Assembly: GCA_964454565.1 (NCBI GenBank)
Contig: CAYVTF010000002.1
Coordinates: 71,270 to 135,269, forward strand
Source: an uncultured Anaerolinea sp.
Lineage (GTDB): Bacteria > Chloroflexota > Anaerolineae > Anaerolineales > Anaerolineaceae
Direction of reading: 5' to 3'
DNA: 64,000 bases
How positions within the stretch are numbered: the stretch's first letter is position 1; every line of letters starts with the position of its first letter. A model generated the notes under the pieces. That model saw only the letters and a list, made by a program, of their open reading frames with translations. It was not told the DNA's origin and did not search any database. The translations under genes and the position numbers were made by a program. Shown piece by piece: positions 35,562 through 46,859 of this stretch.

Positions 35562-36200
35562 GTGAAGGTGAATTTTCAATTTCCATGGCGCAAGAAAGAG
35601 CAGGCTGATAGTGATTCCTCTCTAAACCCTTTCATATTGGTCGGTTTGGGGAATCCTGGGCGTGAATACCGGGAGACCAGGCACAACATAGGGTTCATGG
35701 TAATCGACGCCTTCTCATTAAGGCACGAAATCAAAATGACGAGGGTTCAAAACAAGGCCATCATCGGAACAGGTCATTACAATTCTCACAAAATCATCCT
35801 GGCGAAACCGCAAACTTACATGAACCTCTCCGGGCAGGCAGTTTCAGCACTTGCACGCTATTACAAGGTTGCATTCACTGATTTGATCGTAGCTCATGAT
35901 GATGTGGACTTGCCTTTCGGTAGCATCCGTTTACGTCCTGGTGGAGGTTCCGCAGGTCAAAAGGGAGTGGCATCAATCATTCAACTGCTTGGTACGCAGG
36001 ATTTTCCCAGGTTGCGCATGGGCATTGGCCGACCTCCCGGACAGATGCAGTCCTCAGATTACGTGCTGGAAAACTTCCCCAAGTCCGAGTCTCTATACCT
36101 GTGTGAATTCATTGATCGGGCGGTGGATGCGCTTGATTGTTTCATCGATTCCGGGCTGGAAGCATCCATGAACCGTTTCAACCCCTCAAACCAGGAATAG
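35562..36200 (+). CDS. pth: aminoacyl-tRNA hydrolase
   Basis: LVGLGNPGREYRETRHNIGF signature. GTG start at 35562 (or 35568), so the N-terminal extension is uncertain. Confidence 0.9.
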   Translation: MKVNFQFPWRKKEQADSDSSLNPFILVGLGNPGREYRETRHNIGFMVIDAFSLRHEIKMTRVQNKAIIGTGHYNSHKIILAKPQTYMNLSGQAVSALARYYKVAFTDLIVAHDDVDLPFGSIRLRPGGGSAGQKGVASIIQLLGTQDFPRLRMGIGRPPGQMQSSDYVLENFPKSESLYLCEFIDRAVDALDCFIDSGLEASMNRFNPSNQE

Positions 36201-36201
36201 A

Positions 36202-39200
36202 ATGCTGGAACATATTCGCCGATTAAGCGAGTACCAGGCTTGCCTGGATTCCATTAAGCTGGGTACGCTCGAGAGACCGCTTGGTTTGCTGCGCTCTGCC
36301 AGGCTTCCGGTCCTCTCCGCCCTTTGCCAGGATATGCAAGTGCCGATCCTGTTCCTTACGGATAGGGCAGATCGGGCATTGCTCATGTTCGATGAGCTCG
36401 GTTTTTGGTTGCAGGATGTTGAGCGTTTTTACTTTCCTGAACCCAACCCCATGTTTTACGAGAAAGCCGCGTGGGGTAGCCTCACCAGACGTGACAGGTT
36501 GCTGGCTCTAGGTTCTCTTTCCAAATATCATCTACCGGGGGCGCAGAAACAGGTTAACCCGGTGGTAATTGTAGCACCGTTGCGGGCTGTGATGGCCCGT
36601 ACCCTCCCAAGACGCGAGTTTCTTCTTGCCAGTAAGACCATTTATCTCAACCAAAAAGCCAATCCAGAAGTATTGCAACGTGATTGGGTAACCCTGGGTT
36701 ACGAAAAAGTTGATGTGGTTGTGGATCACGGACAGTTCTCGCGTCGTGGAGGCATCCTGGATATCTGGACACCGGTTGAGCATTTCCCGGCACGACTGGA
36801 GTTTTTTGGCGATGACGTGGATACCCTGCGGCAATTTGACCCCACCACGCAACGTACTGTCAGAAGACTAGAACAGTTGGTAGTCACTCCTGCCCGGGAA
36901 TTTCTAGTACGCACCGTTGACTCCCGGGATGGGATCAATGAAATTGACGAGTTCGAAATACCACTTTTAAACTCCGTTCCCGCCACAATTTTGGACTATT
37001 TGCCCAAAAACGCCCTTATCCTGGTGGATGACCTGGCGAACATTCAATCTTTTGGTGAGGAAATTGAAGAACAGGCGATCAAGAACAGGGCAGATTCGAT
37101 TCACGAAGGGGTATTGTCGCGGGATTTTCCCATCCCTTACATTTCATGGTCCGAGATACTCGAAACGGTGCAAATAAGGCGTTGGGCAGAAATGGGCAAG
37201 CCCTTCACCGAAACTGTTGATCCCTTGGGTGAGCGGTTTGTTCCTGGAAAGCGATTCGCGGGGCAATTGAAAAGCTTCATTGAGCACCTGGATGCGCTTT
37301 GTACTGTAGGCGAAAGCTCGTACGTTGTCACAAGGCAACTTTCACGGCTCAAAGAAATCTGGGCTGATTATTCTCACAATTGTGACGAGGCAAAGGTTGA
37401 ATTTAAAGAAGCCACCCTGGGCGATGGGTGGGAACTCAACCTTGAGGATGGTAAAAGTTTTCACTTCATTACAGATGGGGAGATTTTTGGTTGGGAGAGA
37501 CCTGCTCCCCGGTCCCGTATCAAGGTAGCCCACCATGCGCCTGAATCTGACTATGCTGACCTGAGAATCGGCGATTGGGTTGTTCATGTCGATCATGGCA
37601 TTGGCCGTTTTGGTGGATTGGTCACGAGGACATTGGAGGGTACCGAACGGGAATATTTACTGGTCGAATACGATGCAGGGGACCAATTGTATGTTCCAAT
37701 TCACCAGGTGGACCGCCTGAGCCGGTATATCGGTACGCAGGGAGAACAACCCCGATCTTCCCGACTTGGAAGCGGTGAATGGGCACAAACAAAGCAAACC
37801 GTGCGCGAGGAAGTCATTAAGATTGCCCAGGACCTGCTGGACCTTTATGCCCTGCGTCAGACTGCCAAAGGGTACGCGTTTAAATCAGACACAGCCTGGC
37901 AGCAGGAGCTGGAAGCCAGTTTTCCTTATGTGGAAACCGAAGACCAAATAAAGTCCATCATTGATGTTAAACAAGATATGGAAAATGCAAGACCGATGGA
38001 CCGGCTTTTATGTGGAGACGTTGGTTACGGGAAGACCGAGGTCGCGTTGCGGGCGGCTTTCAAAGCAGTGATGGATGGCAAGCAGGTTGCCATTTTAGTT
38101 CCAACCACAGTTTTAGCCCAACAGCACTACGAGACCTTCAGACAACGATTGGCGTCTTTCCCGGTGACAGTTGAAATGCTCTCCCGATTTCGAAGTTCCA
38201 AAGAACAGGATGAGATCGTGCTCAAAATCATGCTGGGAGAGGTGGACATTGTTATTGGCACCCATCGTCTATTGACTTCAGATGTGGTATTCAAGGATCT
38301 TGGACTGGTGATCATTGACGAGGAACAGCGCTTTGGCGTGACACATAAAGAACATTTTAAGAAACTACGTACCGAAGTGGATGTGCTCACGCTGACAGCC
38401 ACACCCATACCACGAACTCTTTACATGGCACTAACCGGTGCACGCGATATATCCGTGATCAACACACCTCCCGCGGAGCGGTTGCCTATCATCACACACA
38501 TAGGTCCCTATTCACAAAAAATTGTCAGGCAAGCTATTTTGCGTGAAATGGATAGAGGCGGACAGGTCTTCTTCGTTCACAACAGGGTGCAGACCATAGA
38601 GGCTATGCAACAACATTTGCATAACCTGGTTCCTGAAGCACGAATTGGCATTGGTCATGGACAGTTGCGTGAGGATGAATTGTCAAAAGTGATGACCCGC
38701 TTCACAAAAGGCGAAATAGATGTGCTATTGTGCACATCAATTATCGAATCCGGGTTGGATATCCCGAATGCGAACACCTTGATCGTCGATAGGGGCGATG
38801 CTTTTGGTTTGGCGCAACTCTACCAGTTGCGGGGGCGGGTTGGCAGAGGCGGACAAAGGGCGTACGCGTACTTCTTCAAACACCGCAAGAAACCTCCCAC
38901 CTTGGAAGGGCAGGAAAGGTTGGAAACTATCGCTGAAAATATTCAATTGGGATCCGGTTATTCAATCGCCATGCGGGATCTTGAAATGAGAGGTGCGGGT
39001 GAAATGCTCGGAACCCGGCAATCCGGTTACATCGCTGCTGTTGGTTTTCATTTATACACAAGGCTGCTGGCACAAGCGGTGCAGCAATTGCGGAAGACCA
39101 CAGAAGATCGGAAAGCCGTGGAACAGGTATTGGGATTAGGAGGGGGGTACATACCCGTGAGTGTTGACCTGCCCATTACTGTGGTTATTCCATCTGATTA

Positions 39201-39576
39201 CATACCCGATCAGTCACTCCGGCTTCAACTTTACCGTAGAATGGCACATCTGGAGTCGATCCCTGAACTGGAGGACCTGTTGGAGGAGTTCACTGACCGG
39301 TTCGGCAAACCGGTCGAACAGGTGGAAAACCTGTTTTTCCAACTGAGGATCAAATTGCTTGCATCGCAAGCCGGTCTGGTGTCTGTAAGTGCTGAATCTG
39401 ACCAGATCGTGCTCCGGTTTCCTCCACTTCCAAACGGCATTGCCTCACGCGATTTACCCCCTATTGGTTACCAGGCACGGGCAGGAAAAAATGCTTATTG
39501 GATGCGATTCGACTCTCTAGATCCTGAATGGCGTGGAACTCTTCTCGAAGTATTGCAAGCTATTATTGACAGGTAA
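36202..39576 (+). CDS. mfd: transcription-repair coupling factor
   Basis: 1124 aa. UvrB-homology N-terminus, CarD/RID domain ([14 protein letters not shown]), superfamily-2 helicase motifs ([18 protein letters not shown]) and a TRG motif region. Starts 1 nt after pth. Confidence 0.95.
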   Translation: MLEHIRRLSEYQACLDSIKLGTLERPLGLLRSARLPVLSALCQDMQVPILFLTDRADRALLMFDELGFWLQDVERFYFPEPNPMFYEKAAWGSLTRRDRLLALGSLSKYHLPGAQKQVNPVVIVAPLRAVMARTLPRREFLLASKTIYLNQKANPEVLQRDWVTLGYEKVDVVVDHGQFSRRGGILDIWTPVEHFPARLEFFGDDVDTLRQFDPTTQRTVRRLEQLVVTPAREFLVRTVDSRDGINEIDEFEIPLLNSVPATILDYLPKNALILVDDLANIQSFGEEIEEQAIKNRADSIHEGVLSRDFPIPYISWSEILETVQIRRWAEMGKPFTETVDPLGERFVPGKRFAGQLKSFIEHLDALCTVGESSYVVTRQLSRLKEIWADYSHNCDEAKVEFKEATLGDGWELNLEDGKSFHFITDGEIFGWERPAPRSRIKVAHHAPESDYADLRIGDWVVHVDHGIGRFGGLVTRTLEGTEREYLLVEYDAGDQLYVPIHQVDRLSRYIGTQGEQPRSSRLGSGEWAQTKQTVREEVIKIAQDLLDLYALRQTAKGYAFKSDTAWQQELEASFPYVETEDQIKSIIDVKQDMENARPMDRLLCGDVGYGKTEVALRAAFKAVMDGKQVAILVPTTVLAQQHYETFRQRLASFPVTVEMLSRFRSSKEQDEIVLKIMLGEVDIVIGTHRLLTSDVVFKDLGLVIIDEEQRFGVTHKEHFKKLRTEVDVLTLTATPIPRTLYMALTGARDISVINTPPAERLPIITHIGPYSQKIVRQAILREMDRGGQVFFVHNRVQTIEAMQQHLHNLVPEARIGIGHGQLREDELSKVMTRFTKGEIDVLLCTSIIESGLDIPNANTLIVDRGDAFGLAQLYQLRGRVGRGGQRAYAYFFKHRKKPPTLEGQERLETIAENIQLGSGYSIAMRDLEMRGAGEMLGTRQSGYIAAVGFHLYTRLLAQAVQQLRKTTEDRKAVEQVLGLGGGYIPVSVDLPITVVIPSDYIPDQSLRLQLYRRMAHLESIPELEDLLEEFTDRFGKPVEQVENLFFQLRIKLLASQAGLVSVSAESDQIVLRFPPLPNGIASRDLPPIGYQARAGKNAYWMRFDSLDPEWRGTLLEVLQAIIDR

Positions 39577-39636
39577 TTTAATTAAGTAAGAACAAATGTG
39601 CTACAATAAAAGCACATCGAAGTTAGCAGGTGAGAG

Positions 39637-41685
39637 ATGGAATTCAACTTAAAAGCACCATACCAGGCAACCGGAGACCAACCGCAGGCAATTATTGAGC
39701 TTGTGGAAGGTGTAAAAAAAGGGTACCGCGACCAGGTGTTGCTTGGTGCAACTGGCACCGGCAAGACCTTTACGATCGCAAACGTGATTCAACAGCTGCA
39801 AATGCCGGCTTTGGTAATGGCTCACAATAAAACCCTGGCAGCCCAGCTATACTCGGAATTCAGGGAATTCTTCCCAGATAATGCTGTCGAGTATTTCGTA
39901 TCTTATTATGACTACTACCAGCCTGAAGCCTATGTTCCCCGCCACGACCTTTACATTGAAAAAGAAACTGAAATCAACGAAGAAATTGAACGTATGCGGC
40001 TGGCTGCCACGACCGCATTGATGTCACGAAAAGACGTGATCATTGTGGCGTCAGTTTCCTGTATTTATGGTTTGGGAAATCCCGAAGAATACGGCAATGT
40101 TGTCATCAAGCTGGATGTGGGTGGTATCTATCGGCGTAATGCCCTCCTTCGTCAGCTGATTGAAAGCCAATACCAGCGCAACGACCTGGAATTGCGGCCG
40201 GGTGTATTCCGGGTGCGGGGAGATACGATCGAGATTTTTCCTGCTTACGAAGAGAAAAACGCTTACCGCCTGATATTCTTTGGTGACGAGGTGGAGAAGA
40301 TCACGGTTTTCAACCCGCTCACTGGTGAAATCCACGCTGATCCGGTGCATGTGGAAATCTACCCCGCGAAGCATTACATTGCCAGTGATGTCAGGTTGAA
40401 GCAGGCGATTACCGATATTGAGCAGGAACTGGATGACCAGATCCGTTACTTTAAGAACAACGGGCGTTTGCTCGAAGCCCAACGCATTGAACAGCGCTGC
40501 AGATACGACCTGGAAATGTTGAAGGAAGTGGGATACTGCTCGGGAATCGAGAATTACTCTCGTCACCTGGATCAACGACCCAAGGGTTCTGCCCCCTGGG
40601 TGTTATTAGATTACCTTCCCAGTGAGTATCTATTGGTGTTGGACGAATCACACATGACCGTGCCGCAGATCAAAGGCATGTACCACGGAGACCAATCCAG
40701 GAAATCCACGCTGGTGGAATACGGCTTCAGGCTTCCTTCTGCGATGGATAACAGGCCGTTAACGTTTGAGGAATTTGAAAAGACGATGGGGTACACCATT
40801 TACACTTCGGCGACCCCCTCGGAGTTTGAAATGAAACGTGCAAAACAGGTGGTAGAACAGATCATCCGCCCCACCGGTTTGGTGGATCCACAGGTTGAGG
40901 TTCGTCCCACTAAAGGGCAGGTGGACGACCTGTATGCGGAGATCAAAAAACGGATCGAGGTGGGAGAACGAGTGCTGGTAACCACACTGACGAAAAGAAT
41001 GGCTGAGGATCTCTCAGATTACCTTTTGGAACTTGGTCTGAAGGTTAACTACCTTCATTCAGAGGTTGAAACGCTGGAAAGGGTGGGGATCCTGCGTGAT
41101 CTGCGCAAAGGCGTATTTGACGTAATTGTTGGCATCAACCTGCTTCGTGAAGGTCTCGACTTGCCGGAAGTATCCTTGATTGCGATTTTGGACGCAGACA
41201 AACAGGGTTTCCTGCGTTCAGCCACGGCGCTTATCCAGACCATCGGCCGTGCTGCCAGAAACCTCAACGGGAAAGTGATCATGTACGCTGACCAGATGAC
41301 AGATGCCATGAAGATGGCTATCGATGAGACCAACCGTAGAAGGAAAAAGCAGGCGGATTACAACAAAGCCCACGGCATTGAGCCTTACACAATCATCAAG
41401 GCGGTTCACGATTTGACTGAACATCTCACAGGGGAATCGAGCATGGCCGCTGAAGGCAGAGGCGAGTACAAAGCAGGACAGGGTGCGATTCCGACGAAAG
41501 AAATCAAACGGTTGATTGTGGAACTGGAAAAACAGATGAAACAAGCTGCAAGTGACCTGGCGTTCGAACAGGCTGCTGCTTTTAGGGACCAGATCATAGA
41601 ATTAAAAATCATGTTGGCTGATCAATCCAACCTTCCACCGTGGCAAAAAGCAAGGTTGATGGCCGGAGATATTGATCAGGATTAA
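39637..41685 (+). CDS. uvrB: excinuclease ABC subunit B
   Basis: [10 protein letters not shown] Walker A, beta-hairpin region ([10 protein letters not shown]), DESH box and a C-terminal UVR domain ([11 protein letters not shown]). Confidence 0.96.
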   Translation: MEFNLKAPYQATGDQPQAIIELVEGVKKGYRDQVLLGATGTGKTFTIANVIQQLQMPALVMAHNKTLAAQLYSEFREFFPDNAVEYFVSYYDYYQPEAYVPRHDLYIEKETEINEEIERMRLAATTALMSRKDVIIVASVSCIYGLGNPEEYGNVVIKLDVGGIYRRNALLRQLIESQYQRNDLELRPGVFRVRGDTIEIFPAYEEKNAYRLIFFGDEVEKITVFNPLTGEIHADPVHVEIYPAKHYIASDVRLKQAITDIEQELDDQIRYFKNNGRLLEAQRIEQRCRYDLEMLKEVGYCSGIENYSRHLDQRPKGSAPWVLLDYLPSEYLLVLDESHMTVPQIKGMYHGDQSRKSTLVEYGFRLPSAMDNRPLTFEEFEKTMGYTIYTSATPSEFEMKRAKQVVEQIIRPTGLVDPQVEVRPTKGQVDDLYAEIKKRIEVGERVLVTTLTKRMAEDLSDYLLELGLKVNYLHSEVETLERVGILRDLRKGVFDVIVGINLLREGLDLPEVSLIAILDADKQGFLRSATALIQTIGRAARNLNGKVIMYADQMTDAMKMAIDETNRRRKKQADYNKAHGIEPYTIIKAVHDLTEHLTGESSMAAEGRGEYKAGQGAIPTKEIKRLIVELEKQMKQAASDLAFEQAAAFRDQIIELKIMLADQSNLPPWQKARLMAGDIDQD

Positions 41686-41690
41686 AGCGA

Positions 41691-41981
41691 TTACTCATTT
41701 GGAGCGATCATAAAGTACCGGTAATTCCCGATTGACGGAAGCCATTCAATTTCAAGTTCGCTGACCTGGCTCATTTTTGATCCCTGGCGTACCAGGTTGA
41801 TGAAGGTCAACAGGTCGGCTTGCCTTCCTTCTGCCAGAATCTCCACCCGATCGTCGTGCAAATTGCGAACCCATCCAGTAAGGTCCAATGGGTCAGCTTG
41901 CTGCTGAATGAAGTACCTGTAACCAACCCCCTGAACCCGTCCACTGACTTTGATATGGACCCGGTAAAAAACATCATTCAT
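41691..41981 (-). CDS. acyP: acylphosphatase
   Basis: 96 aa with VSGRVQGVGYRYF and GWVRN motifs. Confidence 0.88.
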   Translation of the reverse strand: MNDVFYRVHIKVSGRVQGVGYRYFIQQQADPLDLTGWVRNLHDDRVEILAEGRQADLLTFINLVRQGSKMSQVSELEIEWLPSIGNYRYFMIAPNE

Positions 41982-43185
41982 AATTTATTGTCTTTTTTGA
42001 TGCTTCACGGATCAACAGGATGATAACCGCGATAACTAATAATGAAATGGAAAAATATAACACGAACTTGGAAGTGGGTATCTGCTGCTCGGCAGTAGTA
42101 GGAGAAATGAAGCCTAGCCAATTCTTTGTCAATTTTGCCAATCCAATCCCTGTTGTCTGTTTCATCGTCTGTTCGCAAGACAAACCGGTTCCAGAAAGAC
42201 TTAGAATGTCAATAAAAAGGTTGGAGCCGTACGTGGATTCAAGATATTGAACAAAAGATCTTGATTGCGCGTAGGCAATATTTGCCTCATTAGCTTGTAA
42301 CGGAAAGGTTTCACACAACCCATCAAAATCAATAATTGTTTTTGTTTGCAATGCCTGGCTCAATGTGCGATCCAGGTCAGGATTTGGGTAGGTTTCCGAG
42401 TATGTGGCAAGGCCTTCCAACAACCAGGCGGGGGCGTTCCCGTAGGATTCACCGGTAACCTGGTATTGAAGTATGTGCATTAATTCGTGTGGAACCTGTC
42501 GTTCAAGTCCGAAATTTGAGGATTCGTCAGCAGAGCGCGAAACGAGTACCACTCCCAAAGCAGGATCAGCATGCCCCGACACCCATTCCTGGTTTGACGA
42601 TGAAAGGCTATCCTGCAGGGATTTTTGATCCGGGAAGGCGTAAATGGAAATGGGCAATTGAGGGGCAACTGGAAGTATCTTGGTGGCTTTTTCCAGTCCG
42701 TCCTTGGCAATATCAAGGATTATCTGGCCGGCTGTAGTGTCATCACCTGTCCAATAAACCTTGAACAGCCTGGACTCAAGCAAGTTCCAATCAAAGCGGT
42801 TATCGAAGTAATCAAACCAATAGGAAGGTGTGGTCAGTACTGTTCCATCTGCCCCTTCAGATTGAAACCAGTAATAGATTCGCGAGAAAGGCTTAAGAGG
42901 GTCGGATTTGAGGTTGTAGGACACTGCGAAGGTGAGGTCATCCCGGGTATCAATTGCCACTTGCCTTGAAGTTTGCCGTTCAGGTTGCAGGACGAGATAA
43001 ATGGTGTTGTTTTGTGAGCCAGAATCAACGCGCCCGTTGATCGACAATTCTGAACCGAACTGGTAGGAGGCTGCAACTTCCGTGATGAATGAGGTAGTCT
43101 GGGCGTGGTAACTTGAGGTGGGTAGCAGTACCAGGACAACCAAAAGTAAACCAGTGAGAGAGCGTAGGATAAATCGGATAATCAT
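41974..43185 (-). CDS. secreted gluzincin-type (HExxH...E) metallopeptidase-like protein with C-terminal TM anchor
   Basis: N-terminal signal/TM. HELMH followed ~20 aa later by LLEGLATYSE. C-terminal hydrophobic helix FVLYFSISLLVIAVIILLI. Confidence 0.7.
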   Translation of the reverse strand: MIIRFILRSLTGLLLVVLVLLPTSSYHAQTTSFITEVAASYQFGSELSINGRVDSGSQNNTIYLVLQPERQTSRQVAIDTRDDLTFAVSYNLKSDPLKPFSRIYYWFQSEGADGTVLTTPSYWFDYFDNRFDWNLLESRLFKVYWTGDDTTAGQIILDIAKDGLEKATKILPVAPQLPISIYAFPDQKSLQDSLSSSNQEWVSGHADPALGVVLVSRSADESSNFGLERQVPHELMHILQYQVTGESYGNAPAWLLEGLATYSETYPNPDLDRTLSQALQTKTIIDFDGLCETFPLQANEANIAYAQSRSFVQYLESTYGSNLFIDILSLSGTGLSCEQTMKQTTGIGLAKLTKNWLGFISPTTAEQQIPTSKFVLYFSISLLVIAVIILLIREASKKTINYE

Positions 43186-43197
43186 CTCTCAACCGAA

Positions 43198-44244
43198 TCA
43201 GTTTTCATCATACTCGTCTACATCATCATCGTATTCATCATCTTCATCTTTGTCTTCGTTTTCGTCTGGATCAAGATCTTCAGCATCCTTGTCCTGGATG
43301 GCAAGTAAATCCAATCCTGCTGGAGAGGATAGTTCGAGGTTTTCGATGGCTCTTTCGATCCATTCGATTTCGTCGTCATCGATGGCATCTACGAGGAGAG
43401 AGTTTAGTTTTTCCTTTACCTCATCGCCTCCAATTTGGGATAACGCCCAAATGGCTGCCAGGCGATTATCGGCGCTAACCACATCCTCCTCGAGCAATGC
43501 CAGGAGCTTCTCCCGGGAAGATGCCAGTTCCAGTTCACCAGCTGCTCGAATGGCTTCGAATTGAACTTCTACGTCTGGGGAGTCCAGTTTGCTCTCCACC
43601 AGGGATGCCCAGTTATCGTCGGCTGAGCGGCCCATCGCGCAAAGGGCAGCAGTGACCCATGTGATTTCCTCAGAGGCAAAGGCTCTTTTGATCATGATGG
43701 GAACCAATGGGTGGCTGGAGTAGCCAAGCGATTCCAAAGCGCGTTGTTTTACCTGGGGTAGCTCCACACCATCCACGGCATCGATCAGGTTATTGATCAC
43801 TGAAATGCGGACGCTCTCGCTGATGCTTTCCCATTCCCCCAGGAGGACGAATCTGCCAAGGAGGGAGGCCGCAGCTGCCCGTACCGATTCGTCTTCGTCT
43901 CCGCGGAATATATCGATCAGCGTGGGTACGAGCCTGGAATCTTCACATTCCCAGAGTAGGCGGATAGCCATGACCCGCACCTTCGGATCAAAATCAGTGA
44001 TCACCGCTTTTGCGAGGTCGTCAAAATTGACCAAGGTATCTTTTTCGGCTATATCTTCAAGGTCTTCCAGAAGGCTTACTTTTCGAGAGGGCGGGAGAAT
44101 CTCCCAAACAGTTTTAAAATCGCGCAGTTGCTTGCGCGACAGGTCAGTAAAACTGTGTAAATAACGCGCCGGAAATGGAACTTCAACGTCACTCAGCGCT
44201 GTGAGTGCATCTGAAAAATGGGTAATGACAGGTGAATCTTCCAT
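43198..44244 (-). CDS. HEAT-repeat protein with poly-acidic C-terminal tail
   Basis: Repeated D..VR..A...L motifs (HEAT/PBS-lyase-like). The last ~45 aa are almost entirely D/E (DEDDEYDDDVDEYDEN). Confidence 0.7.
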   Translation of the reverse strand: MEDSPVITHFSDALTALSDVEVPFPARYLHSFTDLSRKQLRDFKTVWEILPPSRKVSLLEDLEDIAEKDTLVNFDDLAKAVITDFDPKVRVMAIRLLWECEDSRLVPTLIDIFRGDEDESVRAAAASLLGRFVLLGEWESISESVRISVINNLIDAVDGVELPQVKQRALESLGYSSHPLVPIMIKRAFASEEITWVTAALCAMGRSADDNWASLVESKLDSPDVEVQFEAIRAAGELELASSREKLLALLEEDVVSADNRLAAIWALSQIGGDEVKEKLNSLLVDAIDDDEIEWIERAIENLELSSPAGLDLLAIQDKDAEDLDPDENEDKDEDDEYDDDVDEYDEN

Positions 44245-44252
44245 CGTCTACC

Positions 44253-45353
44253 TTACTTGGCGAGAACAATTGGATTAAGGATATCGTTGATGATGAGTAC
44301 CACCATTAGAGCCATCAAAACGGCAAAAGCGATTATGTGGATCCTGCCCTCCAGTTCAGGGCGGACTCTCTTTTTGAACAGGAATTCAGGGATGAGGAAA
44401 AGGATCCTTCCGCCATCCAGCGCGGGAATGGGCAGCAAATTGGTGTAACCGAGCGCAATGGAGATGATGGCCAGAAAATACAGGGTATTTAACCCTGCCA
44501 TTTCCGGGTTTTGGGATGCTTCTTCCTTGTCAATGGTCTGAACCTGGGCATACATATCATATATGCCTTTTACGCTCACCATGCGTGCGTCAGATGGGGC
44601 GATTTGCCCGCTGATCAACCTGACTGGCAGCATCACCAATTGAACTCCCTGGTCGACCGTGGAGGATAGCGCCATAGGGAGTGCCTGGATAAATCCGAGT
44701 TTGACTGTTGGATTGGCAATGGTGATACCTAACGGACCTTGCCCCTCGGGGTAGTCTTTCCTAGGGGTGACAGTTGTTTTGATCTCTTCGCCGTCCCGAA
44801 GAAGGACAATCTCAACGGGACTCCCAAGGTTTTTGGTTATTTCGGTGGATAACGCAGTCATGCTGCCAATTTCGGAATCATTTACTTTTAAGATGGTGTC
44901 ACCCACCTGCATAAGGCTTTGTGCTGCCGGGGTTCCCGGCTCGATGGCAGCCACCTGGACCTTCGAGAAATCCGGGGCTCCAGTTCGCGTGAAAAGGTAA
45001 GCGATGATGAACATACCCAGCAGCAGATTGGTCACTGGTCCCCCCAATAGGGTGGTTAGTCGCCGCAATGGAGGCGCTGCCAAAAAGCTTCCCGGTTCAG
45101 TTGTATCGCCTGATTCACCTTTCATACGGCAGAATCCGCCAAAGGGGATCCAATTAAGCGTGAAGTCCGTGCCACCGGCTGTAAACAATTTCAGTTTCTT
45201 ATCTCCGAGTGGAAACCCTAAACCAAATTCCTCGACTTCAATCTTGTTGATTCGGGCGAAAATGAAGTGACCAAATTCGTGCAGAAAAATCAAAACACCA
45301 AAGGCGAGAACAAATTCTAAAATTGACAAAACTGTGCTACCAATATTTTCCAT
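44253..45353 (-). CDS. rseP: RIP (site-2) metalloprotease RseP, M50 family
   Basis: HEFGHF zinc motif, a central PDZ domain, and the NLLPIPALDGG motif. Confidence 0.92.
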   Translation of the reverse strand: MENIGSTVLSILEFVLAFGVLIFLHEFGHFIFARINKIEVEEFGLGFPLGDKKLKLFTAGGTDFTLNWIPFGGFCRMKGESGDTTEPGSFLAAPPLRRLTTLLGGPVTNLLLGMFIIAYLFTRTGAPDFSKVQVAAIEPGTPAAQSLMQVGDTILKVNDSEIGSMTALSTEITKNLGSPVEIVLLRDGEEIKTTVTPRKDYPEGQGPLGITIANPTVKLGFIQALPMALSSTVDQGVQLVMLPVRLISGQIAPSDARMVSVKGIYDMYAQVQTIDKEEASQNPEMAGLNTLYFLAIISIALGYTNLLPIPALDGGRILFLIPEFLFKKRVRPELEGRIHIIAFAVLMALMVVLIINDILNPIVLAK

Positions 45354-45486
45354 GCGTTAAGAACTCCTAACAGGGATTTCCTGTTTTTCTAATTATAATC
45401 GGTTTGAAATCTTCTTTTAGGGATCCAGTTATTCACAGCGGGGTTAACCTGGGTCGCACAGGTCGGTAGCATATCTCAACCCCAGG

Positions 45487-46791
45487 TCAACTATGTGATG
45501 TCTCGATTTTTTTCCTTGACCTGCCCGCTGATTTCTTCTCGATGCGCCGCTGATGTCTGAGCCGTTTTCGCTCAAGGCGCTGGACCTTCCAGTTTTGTGC
45601 CCAGTCTGTCATCTTCCACAACATGAGGTGATCAGGTAATTCTTGGTTGTGATCATCAAATTCAAAGTAGCTGAAAACCTCATCGAACTCGCGGTAAATA
45701 ATGTGTTCGCTCAACTCCATTGTCTCTATTGAATACTCGTGTTTACTCTGGTATTGGGAGGCTTTGATCATCTCGGTTATCACAATTTGGTTAAATTTCT
45801 CAGAGAGATCCAGCCCCAGCCAGGGATAAATGTCTTCAATGATCTCAAGAGGGTTTGCTACCAGCTCTTCATATCGGATGAACCGGCATTTATCGCTCTT
45901 ATCCTGGAAATAATTGACCGGGTACAGATAGTAGAAATTCATCACCTCGTAAAACTCATCCCTGTGAGGATATGGTTCCAGTGGATCGCAGAAGAACTTC
46001 CAACCAATGGACATGTAGTCCAACATGGACGGCATGGCCTCGTAAGGGTTTCGGACGAGATCGATAAACCTGGCATCCGGGAAAAGTTGTAATAGCGAAT
46101 CGATTTTTGCGGTGTGAGATGGATTTTTTGAGAGGAATGTTCTGTTCCCGCCGTGGGCATAAAGATGCCGTTGGATCATTTGTTTGTAAAACTTGTTAAT
46201 CTTGTTTTTCTTTTCTACCGGTATATCTCTGTCATAGAAAAAGTAAGCGAATAATTCCTCTTTGATGGGGTAGAGCGGCCATAAGGTCATGCTGGTCCAC
46301 GAGTGCATCAGCAGGAATTCATCTTCTTCTGCTTCGTCCAAGCGGACACTATGGGCTGTGCTGTTTCGATTAATTCTTTTATTTATCCGATTTAAACCCT
46401 GGTTGACGGGATACCCAACAAGTTTTCCCAGTTTGATCAATCCCCAAATCAGTTTGCGTTGTGTAATGGAGGGAGCAACCAGCATTTCCCACACAGTCAA
46501 CGCGGTAAAGGTATCAGAATCCTTATACATCAATCGATGGAGAAAAGTGGTTCCGCTGCGTGGATTCCCGATGATGAAGACCGGACTGACCACCTGTTGC
46601 TGGCGGTATTTAGGGTAGAAAATGTCATCCAAAAGGAAAAAGATCCGGTTGATGATCTGAGCGGGGATGTATAAAGTCAACCAGATAACGAGAACGAGAA
46701 ACCGTTTGGGAGTGAGCCGATAGTGTTTTCCCTTGCTCTTAAAAAAAGAGAGGAAGTTGTAGCGAAAAAATGCGGAAAAATCAAAATACAT
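45487..46791 (-). CDS. sulfotransferase-family protein (TM-anchored, basic C-terminal tail)
   Basis: 5'-PSB loop GNPRSGTTFLHRL. N-terminal hydrophobic segment. Arg/Lys-rich C-terminal ~35 aa. Confidence 0.78.
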   Translation of the reverse strand: MYFDFSAFFRYNFLSFFKSKGKHYRLTPKRFLVLVIWLTLYIPAQIINRIFFLLDDIFYPKYRQQQVVSPVFIIGNPRSGTTFLHRLMYKDSDTFTALTVWEMLVAPSITQRKLIWGLIKLGKLVGYPVNQGLNRINKRINRNSTAHSVRLDEAEEDEFLLMHSWTSMTLWPLYPIKEELFAYFFYDRDIPVEKKNKINKFYKQMIQRHLYAHGGNRTFLSKNPSHTAKIDSLLQLFPDARFIDLVRNPYEAMPSMLDYMSIGWKFFCDPLEPYPHRDEFYEVMNFYYLYPVNYFQDKSDKCRFIRYEELVANPLEIIEDIYPWLGLDLSEKFNQIVITEMIKASQYQSKHEYSIETMELSEHIIYREFDEVFSYFEFDDHNQELPDHLMLWKMTDWAQNWKVQRLERKRLRHQRRIEKKSAGRSRKKIETSHS

Positions 46792-46859
46792 AGTGCATAG
46801 CCTAAACAGGCAGCCTCTTCAAGATAATTATCTTCCCCAATCGAAGATGGCGGGGAGAG

